Of a stretch of DNA of 64,000 bases, positions 41,383 to 51,661 are shown one piece after another. The stretch is from assembly GCA_964291215.2 (NCBI GenBank), contig OZ219791.1, forward strand, positions 1 through 64,000. Reading direction: 5' to 3'. The DNA comes from Alphaproteobacteria bacterium (GTDB taxonomy: Bacteria; Pseudomonadota; Alphaproteobacteria; MPNO01; UBA830). Position numbers and translations under genes: made by a program. Each line of letters opens with the position of its first letter. Position 1 is the stretch's first letter. The notes under the pieces were generated by a model, which worked only from the letters and a program-made list of their open reading frames with translations, was not told the DNA's origin and did no database searches.

Positions 41383-41774
41383 ACTGCGATTACCGCAATC
41401 AGGGCGGGGGGCAGCCGGCGCCAACCGGTTTGCCGGCAGACCGCAAGCCCGGTGGACGGGCCACTAGGGCGATGCGGGAGCGGGCGGTTTCGTGAGGGCC
41501 ATGTCCCTGTCGCGGGAACAGTCTCTGTTGCGTCTGTTTGCACGGGGCGTGCCGCAGCCGGGTAGCCGGCGCGGGCGGTGACACGCGGCGGTGCGGGGGG
41601 CGACTTTCATCATCATGCACACCGGACGCCGCACCTGCGGTGCTAACGATCTGACATGATTGTGGATTTCCCCGTTTCCGGTGCAACCGGGGGCGTTGGA
41701 GCGAACCCAGCTTTGCACACCGTGCAACTGATCGGGGGACCGCAGTCATGGCAGCCATTCGCCTCACCCAGCAC

Positions 41775-42250
41775 CGGGTCGACAGCCGCCAGCCGATTCG
41801 GTAGTCCCGCGCGCCCGTGATCCCGAACCCGACGTTCGGCGTCTCGGTGAAGCGGTCGCCGAACAGCGCCATGCCGTAGCGGAGCTCACTCGCCAGCCGG
41901 CTCTCCGGCTCGAACGTCCCGCCGTCGGGGGCAAGCCCCCGCGCATCCCGCGCCTACCACAGCCGGTCGACACCGCTCCCCCGGCGCGCCGTATGTGGGC
42001 GCCAGGCTGAACGAGAGGCCGCGACCGCGCTCCCCGGGCGCCAGACGCACCGCGCCCCATTCGCGGTAGTTCGAGTCCTCGTGGGCAATGAGCGCGCGGA
42101 CGCTGGCCTCCATGCTGAGCCCCGTCTCCGGGTCCGCGTACGACAATCGCCCGCCGAGCTCGACGCCCGTGCCGGTCTCGGCATCGCCGCCGTCATGGCG
42201 CAACCCGAGCTCCAGGCCCGGCGTGAAGACGCCGCCATCGCCCATCCTCC
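41775..42250 (-). pseudogene. Autotransporter beta-barrel C-terminal remnant
   Basis: FTPGLELGLRHDGGDAETGTGVELGG..., GLSFSLAPTYG, GFGITGARDYRIGWRL; frameshifted. Confidence 0.8.
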
Positions 42251-42537
42251 AGGCGCCGCGAGGCGCCGTATGCCGATTCGGATGCAGACTGGCACGAAGC
42301 GGCGCGGATGCGCGCGCGGACCGGCGGGATCGATGTCCGGCGGTACCAGCCAGCATGCATGCCGCGCGAAATTTTTTTCATCATGCCACAGGGGGCGCAT
42401 GCGGGGCCTGCCGTGTCCTGGAGGGGACAGGCTGTTGATTCCGCACAGGAAATCCCCTTGCTGCACCGTTTGACAATGCCATTTCGCAGGGACAAATCTG
42501 CTCCCGGAGACGCGGTTATGCGGGGGAGCGGCAGGCA

Positions 42538-42747
42538 TGGAGACAGGCAGCGACGACGGCGCGCGCGGGGACCTTCGCCGCGCCGCCGCCAACGACAATC
42601 CCGCCCCGGACAGTGGGCCGGAAGCCCGGATCGAGGCCGCAGCGCTACGCCTCGCCCGCTTGCTGGGCCGGCAGATCGCGCGCGCGCTTCGAGGCGGGCC
42701 GCGCCGCCAACGACAACGCGCTGGCGGACGAGGCCGGCGACGGATAG
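42538..42747 (+). pseudogene. Small hypothetical protein (AANDN repeats), frameshifted
   Basis: RRAAANDN...RLARLLGRQIAR, with a second AANDN in another frame. Confidence 0.4.
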
Positions 42748-42783
42748 GTGACCCGGACCCCCGCGCGCGGCGTCCTGGGCCCG

Positions 42784-43293
42784 CTACAGCCCGAGCCGTT
42801 CGAACGTCCGAAGCGGCAGGTACAGGCGCAGCGGCCGCAACGGGAACGGCACGAAGCCGTACCGCTCGTAGAAGGCGCTGGCGCGGTCGTGCAGCGCATC
42901 GACCACGACGGCATAGACGCCGATGGTGTCGCCCGCGCGGACGACCCGATGGATCGCATCGAGCAGCAGGGTCTCGCCGAGCCCGCTTTCCTGACTGCGA
43001 AGATCGACGGCCAGCCGCCCGATGACGGCCGCCGGCACGGGATAGTGCGGCAGCCGCCGGGCGAGGTCCGCCGGCAGGTTGTCCTTCTCGAAGCTCGCCG
43101 CGCTCAGCGTGTAGTAGCCGGCGATCCGTTCCGACGGGTCGCCCGGTGCGACTAACACCCGCGCGACGCGCCGCCGGGCGTCCTGGGAAGCTTGCCGGCG
43201 GATGTAGCGGTCGAGCGACGGCTCCCCGCAGGAGAAGGTCGCGCGGTCGTGATGCGGGCCGAGCGGCTCGACCGTCAGCGGCGCTTCATCCAC
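42784..43293 (-). CDS. GNAT acetyltransferase toxin (TacT/AtaT-like)
   Basis: HDRATFSCGEPSLDRY, GYYTLSA, IGRLAVD, VVDALHDRASAFYERYGF. Confidence 0.92.
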   Translation of the reverse strand: MDEAPLTVEPLGPHHDRATFSCGEPSLDRYIRRQASQDARRRVARVLVAPGDPSERIAGYYTLSAASFEKDNLPADLARRLPHYPVPAAVIGRLAVDLRSQESGLGETLLLDAIHRVVRAGDTIGVYAVVVDALHDRASAFYERYGFVPFPLRPLRLYLPLRTFERLGL

Positions 43294-43570
43294 CGATGCG
43301 CTCGCGGTAACGGCGCGCGGCGCGGCGCAGCGCCGCGTTCGGCGCGGGCGGGTTGAGCAGCGCGTCGTGGAAGGCGTCCCAGTCCGTCGCCAGGAGGACG
43401 ATCCGCTCGCGCGCCTCGATCACCCGCTCGGCCTCGGCTACGGCGCTGTGCAGCACGAAACGGCTGACCGTGGTTTCCTCGTAGGCCGCCGCGCGTTCGA
43501 GCTTGCGCTTGCTCCTGGCGTCGAGGCGCAGGTGGACCCGCTCGTGCTTCGTCTCGGCTGTTTCGGCCAT
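43286..43570 (-). CDS. DUF1778 RHH antitoxin (TacA/AtaR-like)
   Basis: KHERVHLRL...KLERAA...SRFVL..A..EAERVI...FHDALLNPPAPNAALRRA; overlaps the toxin start. Confidence 0.92.
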   Translation of the reverse strand: MAETAETKHERVHLRLDARSKRKLERAAAYEETTVSRFVLHSAVAEAERVIEARERIVLLATDWDAFHDALLNPPAPNAALRRAARRYRERIGG

Positions 43571-43669
43571 TACGATGTCTCCCGCGTGAGTTGACGATAG
43601 ACATATGCACCAAATTGGCGTACATTGCAACCGTGTCGGCGGAGGACGCCGGCGAGAGACAGGAGAATC

Positions 43670-45408
43670 GAGACCCTTCGCTGTGCGCTTTACGCCCGCT
43701 ATTCGTCCGACCAGCAGCGGCCGGCCTCCATCGAGGACCAGTTCCGGGTCTGCCGCGAGCACGCGGAGCGCGAGGGCTGGAAGATCGTCGGCACGTACAG
43801 GGACTCCGCCATCTCGGGAGACAGCGTGATCCTCCGGCCCGGCGTCCAGGCGCTTCTGGAGGACGCGCGGCGGGGCGCGTTCGAGATCGTCGTCGCCCTC
43901 GACCGGATCAGCCGCGACCAGGCCGATGTTGCGACCCTCTACAAGCATCTGCGCTTCGCCGGCGTGACGATCTTCACGCTCGCGGCGGGCGAAGGCGAGA
44001 TCAACGAGCTTCACGTCGGCCTCAAGGGGACCATGAACGCGCTCTTCCTGAAGGACCTCGCGGCGAAGACGCACCGGGGGCTCCGGGGCCGCGTCGAGGC
44101 CGGCAAGTCGGGCGGCGGCATCTGCTACGGCTACGACGTGGTGAAGCTGCACGACGAGGCCGGCGAGCGCATCCGGGGCGAGCGGGAGATCAACGAGGCC
44201 GAGGCGGAGATCGTCCGGCGCATCTTCCGCGAGTTCGCCGCCGGCACCAGCCCGCGCGCCATCGCGCGGCGCCTCAACGACGAGGGCATCCCCGGCGCCA
44301 AGGGCAGGCTCTGGAGCGACTCCGTCCTGCGCGGCCACGCCAGGCGCGGCACCGGGCTGCTCAACAACGAGCTCTATATCGGCCGGCTGGTGTGGAACCG
44401 CCAGCGCTTCCTGAAGAACCCGGACACCGGCAAGCGGGTCGCGCGCGTCAACCCGCCCGAGGAATGGATAATCGCCGAGGTTCCGGAGCTCCGCATTGTC
44501 GACGACGCGCTGTGGCAGGACGCCAAGGCCCGGCAGGGAGAGCTTGCCGAGAAATACGCCATCGCGGCGACGCGGAACGCCCACGCCAACCGCATGAACG
44601 CCGCCCACCGGCCGCGTTACCTGCTCTCCGGGCTGCTCGAATGCGGCGTCTGCGGCGGCCCCTATTCCATGCGCGGACAGGGCCGCTACGGCTGCTCTAA
44701 CCACGTCATGACGGGCTCGTGCGCCAACAGCCGGACCATCCGGCGCGTCGAGATCGAGGAGCGGGTGCTGGCGGGGCTGAAGGACAAGCTGATGGAGCCC
44801 GAGGCCGCCGCCGAAGCGATGAAAGCGTATGCCGAGGAGACCAACCGGCTCAACCGCGAGCGTCGGGCGCGAGCGACCGCGCGGAGCTGGCCGGGATCGA
44901 GAAGAAGATCGCGTCGATGCTCGACGCCATTGAGGAGGGTGGCTACGTGCGGGGTATGTCCGACCGGCTCCGCGAGCTGGAGGCCCGCCAGGACGAGATC
45001 AACGAACGGCTGTCAGCCGCTCCGGTCGACATCCCGGACGTTCACCCCAACATTGCCGGCGTCTACCGCCGCAAGGTGGAGCGGCTCGCGGAGGCGCTGG
45101 CCGATCCCCGCGACCAGGCGGCGGAAGCCATAAGGGGGCTGATTGAGCGGATCGTGCTGACCCCCGGCGCGAAGCGTGGCGAGTTGCACGCCGCGCTCCA
45201 TGGCGACCTCGGCACCATCCTCGAATGGGCCGGGAGCGGCAGGGCGAAGGGAGCGACCGACATCCTGCGAGGCGGAATGTCGGTCTCGGTGGTAGCGGGG
45301 GCACGCAACGGCCGACAGCAGGAGGGCCTTTCCAAGCCGCGGCATGATGGTTTGACGAAGGAGCTGGCCATCCGTTTCTCTGAGTTGGGTCAGACGATAA
45401 CCCGCTAG
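43670..45408 (+). pseudogene. Large serine recombinase, frameshift near 44870
   Basis: ALYARYSS, DRISRD, recombinase domain (GILNNELY-like), LLSGLLECGVCGG zinc ribbon, IRGLIERIVLTP. Start uncertain. Confidence 0.88.
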
Positions 45409-45422
45409 GCTGCACATTAGCT

Positions 45423-45540
45423 CTATGCGCAACCATTTGCCTAAACGCAACCAGAAGCCGGCTATGCGCAATATTAATTGCGCATTGGATTGATGGTTGC
45501 GTATATACATGCTTTAATTGCGCATATAGTCTATGCGCAA
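45423..45540. promoter_or_regulatory. Cluster of TGCGCA-core repeats and palindromes upstream of fic
   Basis: ctatgcgcaa x3 (45423, 45462, 45531); palindromes 45464-45485 and 45518-45540. Confidence 0.6.
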
Positions 45541-45551
45541 GATGGAGTGAC

Positions 45552-46979
45552 ATGGCAAAGCCCATACCAGAGCAGGAATTGAAAGCCATTGAAGCGGTGG
45601 TGTCTGCCCACCCCGAGGGCATCGCAATTCAGGACATCCAGGATAAACTGGAAGAGGAAATAGCTCGTCGTACGCTTCAATATCGCCTCAAGCACCTTGT
45701 CGACGAAGGCCGTCTAGTCACGGAGGGCAAAAGGCGCTGGGCCAAGTATCTACTGCCTACTGCCGCCAAACGTCAGGCAAAGGCTCCCGAAGTATCCGAA
45801 GAGGGGATGGCTGGCGAAGTGCCGCTCTCAAAGCAGGCGGCTAAAGTCCAGAAACATGTCCGCAAGCCTCTCCGCGCCCGAAAGCCCGCCGGTTATCAAC
45901 GCGCGTTCCTTGATGCCTACAGGCCCAACGACACCGTCTACTTGTCAGCGAAGGAACGTGCGCACCTGCGGGAGGTCGGGACCCCGACTTCCGGGGAGCA
46001 ACCCGCCGGAACATACGCGAAGCAGATATTGAACCGACTGCTTATCGATCTGTCATGGAACTCCAGCCGTCTGGAAGGGAACACATACTCGCTGCTCGAT
46101 ACAAAGCGGCTGATTGACTTCGACGAAGTGGCCGAAGGCAAAGAACAACTCGAAGCGCAAATGATCCTGAACCACAAGGACGCAATCGAGTTTCTCGTGG
46201 GTTCGGCGGAAGAGATCGGGTTCAACCGGCACACGATCCTGAACCTGCATGCCCTGCTGGCGAACAATCTTCTAGCCGATCTGGAAGCGATGGGCCGCCT
46301 GCGCCGGATCGCGGTCGGCATAGAAAAATCGGCGTTTCATCCGCTCGAAGTGCCTCAACTCATAGAAGAATGCTTCGATCAAATTCTCGCCACTGCCGAG
46401 GCCATCGAAAACCCGTTCGAACAAGCGTTTTTCGTTATGGTGCAGTTGCCCTATTTGCAGCCGTTCGATGACGTGAATAAGCGTGTCTCGCGCCTTGCCG
46501 CGAACATACCTTTAATCAAGACGAACCTCATGCCGCTCTCATTCACCGACGTTCCAGTCATAACCCACACGGAAGCGATGCTCGGTGTGTACGAACTGAA
46601 CAGGATCGATTTGCTAAAGGACGTTTTCATCTGGGCTTACGAGCGTTCGGCGTTACGCTACGCGGCGGTCAGGCAATCGCTTGGTGAGCCGGATCCATTC
46701 CGCCTGAAGTATCGCGAAGCCTTGCTTGAGATCGTCCAGACTATCGTACTTGAGCGGCTGAACAAGAAAGTAGCCTTCTCCCACATCGCCGCCTGGGCCG
46801 GAAAGAACATCGAAGCCGATGAACAGGACCAGTTCAGGGAAGTTACTGAAAATGAAGTTCTGGGACTCCACGAGGGCAACTTCGCACGCTACCGGATAAA
46901 GCCGTCGCAGTTTAAGGCATGGCAGGACGCCTGGAACTGGCCGGGGAAAGAGCAAACTGCTGCGATGGAGAACGACTAA
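45552..46979 (+). CDS. Fic-domain protein with N-terminal wHTH
   Basis: Inhibitory motif SSRLEGN; Fic-like motif QPFDDVNKRVSR. Confidence 0.9.
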   Translation: MAKPIPEQELKAIEAVVSAHPEGIAIQDIQDKLEEEIARRTLQYRLKHLVDEGRLVTEGKRRWAKYLLPTAAKRQAKAPEVSEEGMAGEVPLSKQAAKVQKHVRKPLRARKPAGYQRAFLDAYRPNDTVYLSAKERAHLREVGTPTSGEQPAGTYAKQILNRLLIDLSWNSSRLEGNTYSLLDTKRLIDFDEVAEGKEQLEAQMILNHKDAIEFLVGSAEEIGFNRHTILNLHALLANNLLADLEAMGRLRRIAVGIEKSAFHPLEVPQLIEECFDQILATAEAIENPFEQAFFVMVQLPYLQPFDDVNKRVSRLAANIPLIKTNLMPLSFTDVPVITHTEAMLGVYELNRIDLLKDVFIWAYERSALRYAAVRQSLGEPDPFRLKYREALLEIVQTIVLERLNKKVAFSHIAAWAGKNIEADEQDQFREVTENEVLGLHEGNFARYRIKPSQFKAWQDAWNWPGKEQTAAMEND

Positions 46980-47249
46980 TGAATGATCTGGTTCGCATCG
47001 TTGTGGCCGAACTCGTGCGTTTCCTCGCGATCGATGCGATGATCTTCCTCAAGTAGGAGCGCGGCTGGGATTCTTAAGGAAAACCGCATTCCTCCTACCC
47101 GTCCCGCCGATTCCACACGAGCCAAGCGGCCCCATCCTCCTCGAAAAGGGCTGCCCGAACGGGCTCCGGGAATCTCGGATTATCCAGTTGGACGCTAAGG
47201 TCAGACGTCCTGACCTCGGCTTCGATGTTTCCAAATCAGGGGGATGCTT

Positions 47250-48372
47250 CTAGTGTTATGTCAGCAATGATATGTCGTACATTTGGTGCTAGACTGTCCG
47301 TCCATTCGGGATGGAGGTCGGAGTATGAAACGCTACGTGGTGACCCTGGACGAACGGGCAGAACTTTCGGAGATCAAGGGCTCGCACCTGTCGCAAAAGG
47401 TAATCAACGCCCTGCTTAACTGCGACGAGGGCGCGTTCAATGAATGCCAGATGACCGGGAAGGTCATTGCTGGGATTCTGCGCATCAGCATGCGCAAAGT
47501 AGACCGAGTAAAGAAGCGTTTCGAGGGGCTGGAGGCGGCATTGGGTGGCCGGCGCCGTCCTACCTATATGCGAAAAGCCGACGGCGTCTTCGAGGCGCGT
47601 GGCCCTGAGTTGTGGTGAACCGCCTGAGGGTTACGCGCAATGGTCGTTGCGGCTGCTGGCCGACCGCGTTGTCGAGCTTGGTTACATTGATACCGTGTCA
47701 CACGAGACGGTGCGGCGTGTTCTAAAAAAAACTGCCTCAAGCCATGGCAGCGGGTGGGTGATTCCTCCTCAAGGGAACGCCGACTTCGCCGCAGCGAAGG
47801 TGCTCGATGTCTATCGCCGCCCCGCCGCCTTCCCCGTGGTCTGCATGGACGAAACGCCCCGACCGGCGAGACACGGCAACCGATCGCCATGGCGCCGGGA
47901 CGGGCGTAACGACTACGAGTATCGACGTTGCGGTACCTGCAACGTCTTCACGGAACCCCTGGCCGGCAAGCGCATGACCAAGGTAACCGAGCGCAAGATC
48001 GATTGGGCGCAGTTCCTGGCCGACATCGCCGGGCGCTACCAGGACGCCACCACCATCACCCTGGTGATGGACAACCTCAACACTCCCCGGCGCCTTCTAT
48101 GAGGCCTACCCGCCGGACGAGGCCTTGTGGGACCGCTTCGAGTTCGTCTACACTCCCAAGCACGGCAGTTGGCTGAACGTGGTCGAACTCAACGTCATGA
48201 TCCGCCTGAACCGCCGCATCGACTGCATCGAGGTGCTACGCCGGGAAGTTGCCGCCTGGCAGGCCTCCCGCGACCGCATCCAGGCCAAGGTGGATTGGCA
48301 GTTCACCACCGACGATGCCCGCGTGAAACTCAAACGCCTTTATCCGACATTTGACGAATGACAAGACACTAG
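47250..48372 (+). mobile_element. IS630-family element (second type), degraded
   Basis: CTAG at both ends with IRs; WSLRLLAD, CMDET, MDNLNT, YTPKHGSWLN. Confidence 0.9.
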
Positions 48373-48406
48373 GCCGAGTTTGCGTGCGTTGTCTGGCCCC
48401 CAGTCG

Positions 48407-49649
48407 GGTACTGTAACTTGATGTCTGGAAATTTGTCTGAGGTTTGCGCTTTGAGGCGTTTCACTGGGGGGGGCTAGCCCCCCAGTGAAACGCGGCGCCA
48501 TCGTGCTATCCCATGGAGTTGGAAAAATTCATGGAGGAAGCGAATGGACCTGCGACACACTACGACGATCGGGACTGTTTTGGAACATCTGATCGCAAAC
48601 GGAGCAACGGATCCGGGGCGGGTCTTTGGCCAGCTCTTCGAGCTTGCGATGCAAATCGAGCGCGAGCAGCACTTGAAAGCGGGCCACCGGACACCGGAGC
48701 GACAGGGCTATGCCAACGGCTACAAGCGGATCGACACCCCCACTGTTACCGTTCAGGTGCCAAAGACGGCCGGTCACGGGGACGATCCGTCCCCAGTCGC
48801 TTGAACGCGGCCAGCGATCTTCTCGCGCCGTGGCTGTAGCCGAGATGTACATCAAGGGTGTTTCCACACGGCAGGATGTAATGCGCGAGTTCGGGAGCCT
48901 GTCCTCTTCTCAGGTCAGCCGGGCCACCAGGTTGCTCGATGAAGAACTCGCCGCGCAACCGGCCCCTGATGAAATACCTGATCCTGGATGCGCGCTACGA
49001 AAAAGCCCGCCATGACGGCGTTGTGCGCGATGTCGCAGTGCTCTCGGCCATTGGAATAGGGGCTGCAGGCACGTTCTGGGGCTCTCTGTGGCGCTCTCCG
49101 AGGCCGAGGTCCATTGGAGAGCCTTCCTGGAAAGCTTGCTAGCCCTGCATGGTACGACCTTCATCGTCTCGGATGCCGGGCTGAAAGCGGCACGGTGCTG
49201 GGCGCGGCGACATGGCAGCGCTGCCAATTCCACCTGGCGCAAAACGCCGTGCACCGAACAACGACATCAGGAAACGTATTGGAAAACAGCTCGGAGCCAT
49301 GCGTCCTCACTCCAAACCGCCGAGGCTGAACTGGGCGCCCTCGTGGCCAGCGACAAGCATCCAGGCTTCCTGGCTGGAAAACAATGCGGGGCTCGCTGTC
49401 TTCACCTTGCCCGATGCTCACCACAAGCGTATGCGAACCTCGAACGGCATCGAGCGACCGATCCAGCAAGAGCTCAAGCGGCGCACCTCCAAAGTCAGGG
49501 TCTTTCCAAACCTCGCCTCGTTGGAGCGCCTCTCAACCGCAGTCCTCATCGACGAAAAATGGGAAACCGAAACCAAGGCATACATCAAATGGGAACAGCT
49601 CGATGACTGAGAGCTTCACGACAATTTCCAGACATCAGGTTGCGTAATC
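48407..49649 (+). mobile_element. IS256-family element, degraded (copy 2)
   Basis: IRL ggtactgtaacttgatgtctggaaatt / IRR aatttccagacatcaggttgcgtaatc; GYANGYK..., matches 1-856; no TSD. Confidence 0.9.
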
Positions 49650-49902
49650 GGCCTTGTGGGATCGATTCGAATTCGTCTACACCCCCAAGCACGGCAGTTG
49701 GCTGAACGTGGTGGAACTCAACGTCATGATCCGCCAGTACCTGAACCGCCGCATCGACCGAGGTGCTACGCCGGGAGGTCGCAGCCTAGCAGGCCTCCCG
49801 CGACCGCATTCAGGCCAAGGTGGATTGGCAGTTCACCACCGACGATGCCCGCGTGAAACTCAAACGCCTTTATCCGATATTTGACGAATGACAAGACACT
49901 AG
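49650..49902 (+). mobile_element. 3' fragment of IS630 (duplicate of 48121-48372)
   Basis: Near-identical sequence ending gacaagacactag. Confidence 0.88.
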
Positions 49903-49936
49903 GGTAGCGAAACAGGAAACCCGGGAGCATTCAGCC

Positions 49937-51264
49937 ATGAATCACCTTGGTGCGCTTGCGGCTCATGCCGCCGAATCTGTCCCTTCAGAGGAGGTGCGCG
50001 CGAAAGCCGCGTTGGTGCTGGCCGATACGCTTGCGCCGATCGTGGGCGGGTCGGTGGAAGCCGAGGTGCAGGCGCTGACGGGACGACTTTGCACGGACGC
50101 GACAGGCGAGGTCTTGATCATAGGGCCGGGGCGGCGCACAGATCCAAAGACGGCAGCGCTTTTGAATGGCACCGCAGGCACAGCGCTGGAGATGGATGAA
50201 GGACACCAGTTCTGCAAGGGACACCCGGCGATCTATGTTATCCAGGCGGTTCTGGCTGCCGCCCAGTACCAACACCCGTCCCGCCAGGCGATCCTGACCG
50301 CAATTGCCGTTGGTTATGAAGCGGCGGCATGGGTCGGCATCGCCACCCAACTGCGTCCTTCGATGCATGGCACATGGGGGCCATCGGCGCGGTGGCGGCT
50401 GTTCTTCGGTTGCAGGGCGCATCACAGGCCGAGATCCGGGATGGCATGAACATGGCGGCAAGCCTTGGGCTGTCGACTTCGCGCCGGACAATGCTGGAGG
50501 GCGGTACGGTCAGAAACCTCTTCGCGGGCGTGTCGAACCAGATGGGTCTACTGGTTGCCGATCTCGTGGCGACCGGGTTTTCAGGCGACACCGAGGGTGT
50601 TGCTCATGTATTTGGACAGGTCGTGTCGGACCGGTTCGATCCAAGCGCGCTGACGGACGACCTGGGTCATCGCTGGGAGATCATGCGCAATTACTTCAAG
50701 CTGCATGCCTGTTGCAGGTTCAATCATGCCGCTCTTGATGCGCTGGACTTGCTGCTTGCGGACGCGCCGGACTTCGTGCCGGAAGACATCGCCGAGATCA
50801 TCGTCGAGACCTATGGGCTTGCCGTCGAATTGGACGATGCCGCACCAAGGAACGTTCTGGCCGCCAAGTTCTCGGTATCCTTCGCGATGGCGGCTCGGTT
50901 GATCACGGGGGTCAGCACGGTCGAGAGTTTCTCGGCAGAGCGCGTGAGAGACGAGGTGATCCAGGCATTGGCCAGTCGCGTGCGGCTGGTCGAGGATCCC
51001 GCGATGACCGCCAAACTTCCCAACCAACGACCTGCGCAGGTGACGGGCGCCTTGCGCGACGGGCGCCGCTTCACCGCATCGACCGAGACAAACCGGGGGG
51101 ACTGGGCCGACCCGTTCACAAAGACCGAGGTGCACGGCAAGTATATGTCTCTCACCGCCCGAGTCCGGTCACGCGAGAAATCGCAGGAGGTTTGGGACGC
51201 AGCACTGGAACTGGACAGCGGAGATGGTGCGGCTTTTCTCGACCTTCTTGCCCGGCCAGACTGA
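49937..51264 (+). pseudogene. MmgE/PrpD-family protein, frameshift near 50370
   Basis: AALLNGTAG..LEMDEGH...GHP, KLHACCRFNH, AKFSV motifs split over two frames. Confidence 0.85.
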
Positions 51265-51274
51265 TGGGGGTGAC

Positions 51275-51661
51275 ATGACATCGGAAGAACAGATCGCACT
51301 GGTAGAACGCTATTTCACAGCCGTCGATGCAGAGGACTTGCCTGCTCTTTTGGGCACACTCAGCCCCGATTGCATCTTTACCGTGGAAACTCACGGCGTG
51401 CGGCTTCAAGGTCTGGCTGAAATCAGCGGGATGTTCGAGCGGCTCTGGAGCGACCACAAAGCAGTTCGTCATCACAAATTCACCCATGTTCCGGATCCGG
51501 CAGGCGGGCGTATCGCCTCGCGGTTCCAGGTCGAGAACACCGAGTTGGATGGCAGCCTGACACACAAGTCCAACTGCAACTTCTTTGAGGTCAACGGCGA
51601 AAGGTTCTCGTCCATCGCGGTCTACATGGCCGGACCGAACACTTTGGAGGCATCGACATGA
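51275..51661 (+). CDS. NTF2/SnoaL-like protein
   Basis: LVERYFTAVDAEDL...L.PDC.F...; 128 aa; ATGA overlap with the next gene. Confidence 0.8.
   Translation: MTSEEQIALVERYFTAVDAEDLPALLGTLSPDCIFTVETHGVRLQGLAEISGMFERLWSDHKAVRHHKFTHVPDPAGGRIASRFQVENTELDGSLTHKSNCNFFEVNGERFSSIAVYMAGPNTLEAST

Noticed and set aside
39060-41543. 827-aa minus-strand ORF
   Set aside because: Antisense shadow of the RTX gene.
43286-44704. 472-aa ORF ending in the antitoxin
   Set aside because: Only 43286-43570 is DUF1778; the rest is antisense to the recombinase.
45280-45360. tRNA gene
   Set aside because: Only a 12-nt acceptor-end-like match; no cloverleaf.
48456-48493. Strong G/C hairpin as a REP element or phase-variable tract
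   Set aside because: Single copy inside the IS256 left end; likely an element-internal stem-loop.
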